A stretch of DNA of 64,000 nt from an uncultured archaeon (GTDB lineage: Archaea > Iainarchaeota > Iainarchaeia > Iainarchaeales > Iainarchaeaceae), in NCBI GenBank assembly GCA_964577555.1, contig CAZNZM010000006.1:4093-68092 (forward strand), given 5' to 3'. The notes under the pieces were generated by a model, which was given only the letters and a program-made list of their open reading frames with translations, was not told where the DNA came from and ran no database searches. The position numbers and the translations under genes were made by a program. Shown here in pieces: positions 59,875-64,000 of the stretch (position 1 is its first letter; each line of letters starts with the position of its first letter).

Positions 59875-60774
59875 TTAAATCACTAATTTTTTGAATTTTA
59901 TGCTTCCAATGAGCCTGCTTGTTTTGACTGCCAAGACATAGCAGATTCCTAATAGTATTATTAACAAGGCGTGCAAAGGAGAGTTGTTTTTGATAAAGGT
60001 TATTCCTCTTGGACTGCTTAACTCAAATTTTCCGTTGTTTTTCCATAATCCAGTGGCTACTTTAAAGTCTTCTAATGGATCAACAAGGAAGCCATATTTT
60101 ATGTGAAGAAAGTTTTCGCAAACTTTTGTAGGATGTTTTTTGTAAAGCAGGACATCGTTTTGGTGGTATTCAAGTCTTTTCAGTACGTACTTTAAGAAGT
60201 TAAAAACGCCTTTCGGCTTGGTTTCTTTGTGGTCGTGGAAATATTTTGCTTCAACTTGCTTGAATTCATACCCCAAATCCATTATTTTGAATGTCAAATC
60301 CGTGTCTTCTCTGTAATATTTGTATTCTGGGTCGTAACCACCTACTTTGGTTAAAAGATATCGTCTGAATGCTGTTGAGGTTCCTCCGTATCCGCCATAA
60401 GAACTTACAACTCCGACTTTTTGCGAATCAAATCCGGATACTATTTTTTCTAGCCAATCTTTTTCCGCAATGCAATCATGATCCATATTAACTACTATTT
60501 CGTATTTTGATTTTTTTATTCCAAGGTTTCTTGCAGCGCAAACCCCAGAGTTTTTTTGATGAAACACTTTCAACTTGTTTTTGTCTTTGTGTTCAGCGTA
60601 GTTGTCCAATAATTCAGAGGTTCCGTCAGTGCTTCCGTCATCAACCACTATTATTTCGTATTTTCCATTAAATTTTTGTGATAGTAAGCTGTCCAAAACC
60701 CTTTCAATTGTTTTTTTTCCGTTATATGTGGCTACTACAATGCTTGCATTCATGTTTTTTGTCATCAAATTCAC
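59875..60774 (-). CDS. GT2 glycosyltransferase
   Basis: ASIVVATYNGKKTI...IIVVDDGSTDGT...DHD. Confidence 0.8.
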   Translation of the reverse strand: MNLMTKNMNASIVVATYNGKKTIERVLDSLLSQKFNGKYEIIVVDDGSTDGTSELLDNYAEHKDKNKLKVFHQKNSGVCAARNLGIKKSKYEIVVNMDHDCIAEKDWLEKIVSGFDSQKVGVVSSYGGYGGTSTAFRRYLLTKVGGYDPEYKYYREDTDLTFKIMDLGYEFKQVEAKYFHDHKETKPKGVFNFLKYVLKRLEYHQNDVLLYKKHPTKVCENFLHIKYGFLVDPLEDFKVATGLWKNNGKFELSSPRGITFIKNNSPLHALLIILLGICYVLAVKTSRLIGSIKFKKLVI

Positions 60775-61268
60775 TTTTCCAAATAATTTTCAATTATTTT
60801 TATTATGTTTCCATTTTCAAGTTTTTTCGGCTTGAATTCTTTCGCTTTTTCAATTGTTTCTTCAAGTTTGCTTGTTTCAGTTACTGCAATGCCAAGCCCT
60901 TTTTCTTGTATTGCTTTTGCGAGTTCTAATTGATGGTTGTCTGTGTGCTCTTCAAGATTTTTCATTCTTGGCACTACAATAATTTTTTTTTCCATTCTGT
61001 TGCATGCTCCAAATGTTCCGGCACCAGCGTGCATTATGACAATATCAGCCCAACTTATTTTTTTTGAAAATTCTTCAATTCCTAAAAAATTTTTGTGTTT
61101 GAAATTATTTGGTTTGTAGTCGGAAAATCCTGTTTGGGCAAAAATTTCATATTTTCCTTTTTGGGCTATTTTTTCCATTTCTTTTATGAGCCTGTTGAAT
61201 TGTTGAGGGTGTGTTCCCACAGTCACGAATATTTTCAATCTTTTTTCTTTTTGGTTTTCTTTTTTCAA
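60771..61268 (-). CDS. Alg13-like glycosyltransferase C-terminal-domain subunit (Cps14G/EpsF/PssE type)
   Basis: KIFVTVGTHPQQFNRLIKEM matches the VTVGT...F.RL hallmark of Alg13/Cps14G. 165 aa. Confidence 0.75.
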   Translation of the reverse strand: MKKENQKEKRLKIFVTVGTHPQQFNRLIKEMEKIAQKGKYEIFAQTGFSDYKPNNFKHKNFLGIEEFSKKISWADIVIMHAGAGTFGACNRMEKKIIVVPRMKNLEEHTDNHQLELAKAIQEKGLGIAVTETSKLEETIEKAKEFKPKKLENGNIIKIIENYLEK

Positions 61269-61723
61269 AAAATACTCCCTCCATATACGCCTTTGGGATA
61301 AAATTTTTCAAGTTCTTTCCATTGGTAAATGAATAAGTCGCAAAAAAGGTAAGCTATTTTGCCGCTGAGCGATGGCTCTTTTATTCTGCAAAAACTTTCA
61401 ATAAAAATTGTTTTTTTGCCAAAAAATTTTCCGACAAGGCAAGCTATGACACCTATGTGTGATCCTGTTGAAATTATTGCATCTGGTTTTTCTTTTTGAA
61501 TTATTTTCCAGCAATCAAGAAAGCATTTCAAATATAGTAAAGGGTTTCTGTTTGGGTATTGTGCGAAAAAAACTTTTTCCGATTTTGCGAGGCTTTTAGT
61601 GTCTTCTCTTTCAAACGTTATGAAAAAATGGTTTTTTTTTGTATAGAACTCTTTTAAGCCGGTTAATTCTGAAAGGTGTCCTCCGGCAGAGCAAGCCAAA
61701 CAGATTTTTTTTTCTTGTTTCAT
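61265..61723 (-). CDS. Alg14-like glycosyltransferase N-terminal-domain subunit (Cps14F/EpsE/PssD type)
   Basis: KICLACSAGGHLSEL matches the (G)SGGH motif. Overlaps the Alg13-like gene by 4 nt. Confidence 0.75.
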   Translation of the reverse strand: MKQEKKICLACSAGGHLSELTGLKEFYTKKNHFFITFEREDTKSLAKSEKVFFAQYPNRNPLLYLKCFLDCWKIIQKEKPDAIISTGSHIGVIACLVGKFFGKKTIFIESFCRIKEPSLSGKIAYLFCDLFIYQWKELEKFYPKGVYGGSIF

Positions 61724-61871
61724 GAAAATGAAATTGTTTTTTTATGGTTATAAGCTTAATGGGGCAATTGGCAAAAAATGTAGTGAAAATGCTTTTTTGA
61801 GGCTTTTCAAGGGGATTTTTATTTTTTTGGTTTAATTTCAGCTTAAAAACCTTATCAATAATGTTTTTGTA

Positions 61872-63881
61872 ATGCTTTTTGAATTGTTGAAGAAAAAGCT
61901 TTCAGGCAGAAAAAAGGAAATTGCTTTTATCGTGCTTGTTTTTCTGCTTGCTTTTGGAGTTCGCGGTCATCTTATTCAGCATCAGCTTTTCTTTGAGTTC
62001 GATTCTTACTATCATGGCAGAATGGCTGAGTATTGGATTACTTCAGGTACAATACCTGTGATTGATCCAATGGCTTATTATCAATTGCCTGAAGGCGGTT
62101 CCAGAATGCCGAGTGTTGGCTATTTTTTTTGGATTTTTACAGGCACGATATTTGCTGTTGTTTATAAAATCTTGACTTTGAATGCGCCTTACAGCAAGGA
62201 CGCCTGGATAATTGCAATAAAGTTTTTTCCAGCAATTTTTGGCGCATTGATATCTGTTGCAATGTATTTTCTTGGCAAGGAAATGTACGGCAAAAAAACT
62301 GGAGTTGTATTCGCTTTTTTTGCGGCAATTATTCCAGCTTTTGTTTACAGGACAATGGCTGGTTTTTTTGAAGATGATTCGCTTGGTTTTTTGCCTATGA
62401 TTATTGCAATGGTGTTTTTTGTCAGGGCAATGAAGAATGCTGAATTTAACAAGTCAACTGTGTTGAATTCTGTGCTTGCGGCTTTTTTCATGTTTTTAAT
62501 GGCTATTACTTGGCAAGGATTTGGATTTGCTTGGTTGATTTATCCGCCTTATTTTGTTGCTACTGTAATAATGATGTTTATGAGGCGCGAGCCTATTGAA
62601 AAAATAATTAATCTTTCCAAAAACTTTGCCGTATTCTTTTTGCTTATGGTTGGTTCGGTGACAATTGTTCTTGGTCCTTGGTGGCTTTCTTTTGCACTTG
62701 ACAACCTTGGAAATTATTTGCCGGTCTCTGCATCAAATATAGAGCACCTTTCCACAGGCAGGATTGAAGATAAAAGCGTGTTTTCTGTAAGCATAGGCGA
62801 AGAATCACAAGGAATAAAGTATTGGTTCAACAAGTATAATGCATTAGTAATATTACCAATTATTGCGATTTTGATTTATGTTGTTGCAATAATTTTAGCT
62901 GTTTTTGAATATTTTTCCAAGCCGAGCGGAGAAAACGCAGAAAAAACAAAACCAGCAAATATGGTGTTGAAGCGTCCGGGCGATTATGTATCTTTCCTTG
63001 TTTTATTTTGGGTTTTGCTTTGCATGACTATGGCTTATGTAAAACTAAAATATACTTATGTTTTTGGCTTGCCAATTGCTGCCGCCATTGGGGTTGTATT
63101 TTTTGAAATTTTTCAATGGGTTGGAGAAAAACCGAGTTTTGAAAAGAAATTTGTTGCAGTGTCATTCGGCTTCATGTTCCTTACTGGCGTTGCTGCAGGA
63201 ACTTATTTTGTTTCCCAAAACTATCCAAACATTGAAGAAAATACAGGTTGGAAGGAAGCACTTTATTGGATTAGGGATAATACTCCGCCAGGTTCAAAAA
63301 TATTTAATTGGTGGGACGAAGGGCATTGGATTTCATTCATAGCGGAAAGAAGAGTAAGTGCAGACAACAGAAATTATTCAACAAAGGTTAATGCGGAAAT
63401 CGCAAAATTTATTTTGTCTTCAAATCCTGATGAAGCAAAACAAATAATTGACAAGTACGGTTCTGATTATATTGTTCTTGACGAAGGAATGATTAGCAGG
63501 CTGAATCCTTTAGTATTGTATGCTTATGAAACTGACAGTGTAGACCAGGAAAAATTGATTTATTATAATACTTATGCCTTGCCTTGTAATAAGCAAAAAG
63601 ACATTTCTAACCAGGTAACTTACAATTGTTCAGGAATTCAAATGTCTGAATCACAATATTTGTCTTTGCCGTCTAAAAGAATAGAACAACCTAATGCGCC
63701 ACTAGACCAAAGAACCAAGGTATTTGCTTATCGTGACGAAGAAGGGCAAAAGTTGTTCCTTTTGAATAAAGCTTCTAATGATACTATGATAGCTCGGCTT
63801 TTCTTTGCTCCGGAATCGATACCTTGGGTTGAAAAGGTTTATGACAAGAAAGAAGTTAAAATTTACAAAGTAGTTAAATGA
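61872..63881 (+). CDS. aglB: oligosaccharyltransferase AglB (STT3 family)
   Basis: WWDEGHW (WWDYG-type motif) at ~63305. First-loop motif FEFDSYYHGR. 13-TM N-terminal domain plus C-terminal periplasmic domain. 669 aa. Confidence 0.85.
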   Translation: MLFELLKKKLSGRKKEIAFIVLVFLLAFGVRGHLIQHQLFFEFDSYYHGRMAEYWITSGTIPVIDPMAYYQLPEGGSRMPSVGYFFWIFTGTIFAVVYKILTLNAPYSKDAWIIAIKFFPAIFGALISVAMYFLGKEMYGKKTGVVFAFFAAIIPAFVYRTMAGFFEDDSLGFLPMIIAMVFFVRAMKNAEFNKSTVLNSVLAAFFMFLMAITWQGFGFAWLIYPPYFVATVIMMFMRREPIEKIINLSKNFAVFFLLMVGSVTIVLGPWWLSFALDNLGNYLPVSASNIEHLSTGRIEDKSVFSVSIGEESQGIKYWFNKYNALVILPIIAILIYVVAIILAVFEYFSKPSGENAEKTKPANMVLKRPGDYVSFLVLFWVLLCMTMAYVKLKYTYVFGLPIAAAIGVVFFEIFQWVGEKPSFEKKFVAVSFGFMFLTGVAAGTYFVSQNYPNIEENTGWKEALYWIRDNTPPGSKIFNWWDEGHWISFIAERRVSADNRNYSTKVNAEIAKFILSSNPDEAKQIIDKYGSDYIVLDEGMISRLNPLVLYAYETDSVDQEKLIYYNTYALPCNKQKDISNQVTYNCSGIQMSESQYLSLPSKRIEQPNAPLDQRTKVFAYRDEEGQKLFLLNKASNDTMIARLFFAPESIPWVEKVYDKKEVKIYKVVK

Positions 63882-63882
63882 G

Positions 63883-64000
63883 GTGGCTACTTTGCAACTT
63901 TTTTTATCTCTTACAATTATTTTTCTTTCATCATTTTTTTTGACTTATTTTGTCACGCCGATAATGATAAGGAAAATTTCCAAGCGAGGAATTGTCGGAA
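63883..64000 (+). CDS. partial 5' end of a polyprenyl-phosphate GlcNAc-1-phosphate transferase-like (MraY/WecA/AglH family) gene
   Basis: The frame opening right after aglB reads (V)ATLQLFLSLTIIFLSSFFLTYFVTPIMIRKISKRGIVG, resembling the first TM and loop of GT4-family sugar-1-P transferases. Truncated by the window end. Confidence 0.3.
   Translation, partial: MATLQLFLSLTIIFLSSFFLTYFVTPIMIRKISKRGIVG

Overview
AT-rich archaeal chromosome segment. The archaeal assignment rests on an AglB/STT3 oligosaccharyltransferase, a FlaI/TadA-type pilus ATPase, a geranylgeranyl reductase and an intron-containing tRNA. Gene content and small ORF size suggest a DPANN-like or similarly reduced archaeon. The left ~21 kb carries three overlapping pilin-like genes, a Zn-ribbon/charged-tail gene pair, a 1507-aa giant surface protein, a Cys-rich tandem-repeat secreted protein, a PAC2-family protein, a type IV pilus/Tad-like assembly module with DUF192, a tRNA-Gln(CUG) with a non-canonical intron, a Y-family DNA polymerase and a geranylgeranyl reductase. 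The right ~42 kb (about 21.7-64.0 kb) is one very large protein-glycosylation / surface-glycan island that ends in aglB. It contains at least 11 GT2/GT4 glycosyltransferases, an Alg13/Alg14-like split glycosyltransferase, three further GT-C-like polytopic membrane proteins, a Wzx-like flippase, two nucleotide-sugar dehydrogenases, several SDR epimerase/dehydratases, RmlA/RmlB, an HddA-GmhA-GmhB GDP-heptose operon, a ColD-like His-variant DegT 3-dehydratase with flanking 4,6-dehydratase and Fcl-like reductase, four SAM methyltransferases (one frameshifted) and a B12-binding radical SAM enzyme. Six intergenic regions are built from a strand-invariant, T-tract-rich modular repeat family (GYRAGCYR octamers between T7-9 runs, with near-identical ~55-bp copies at two loci) that I cannot assign to any known element class.
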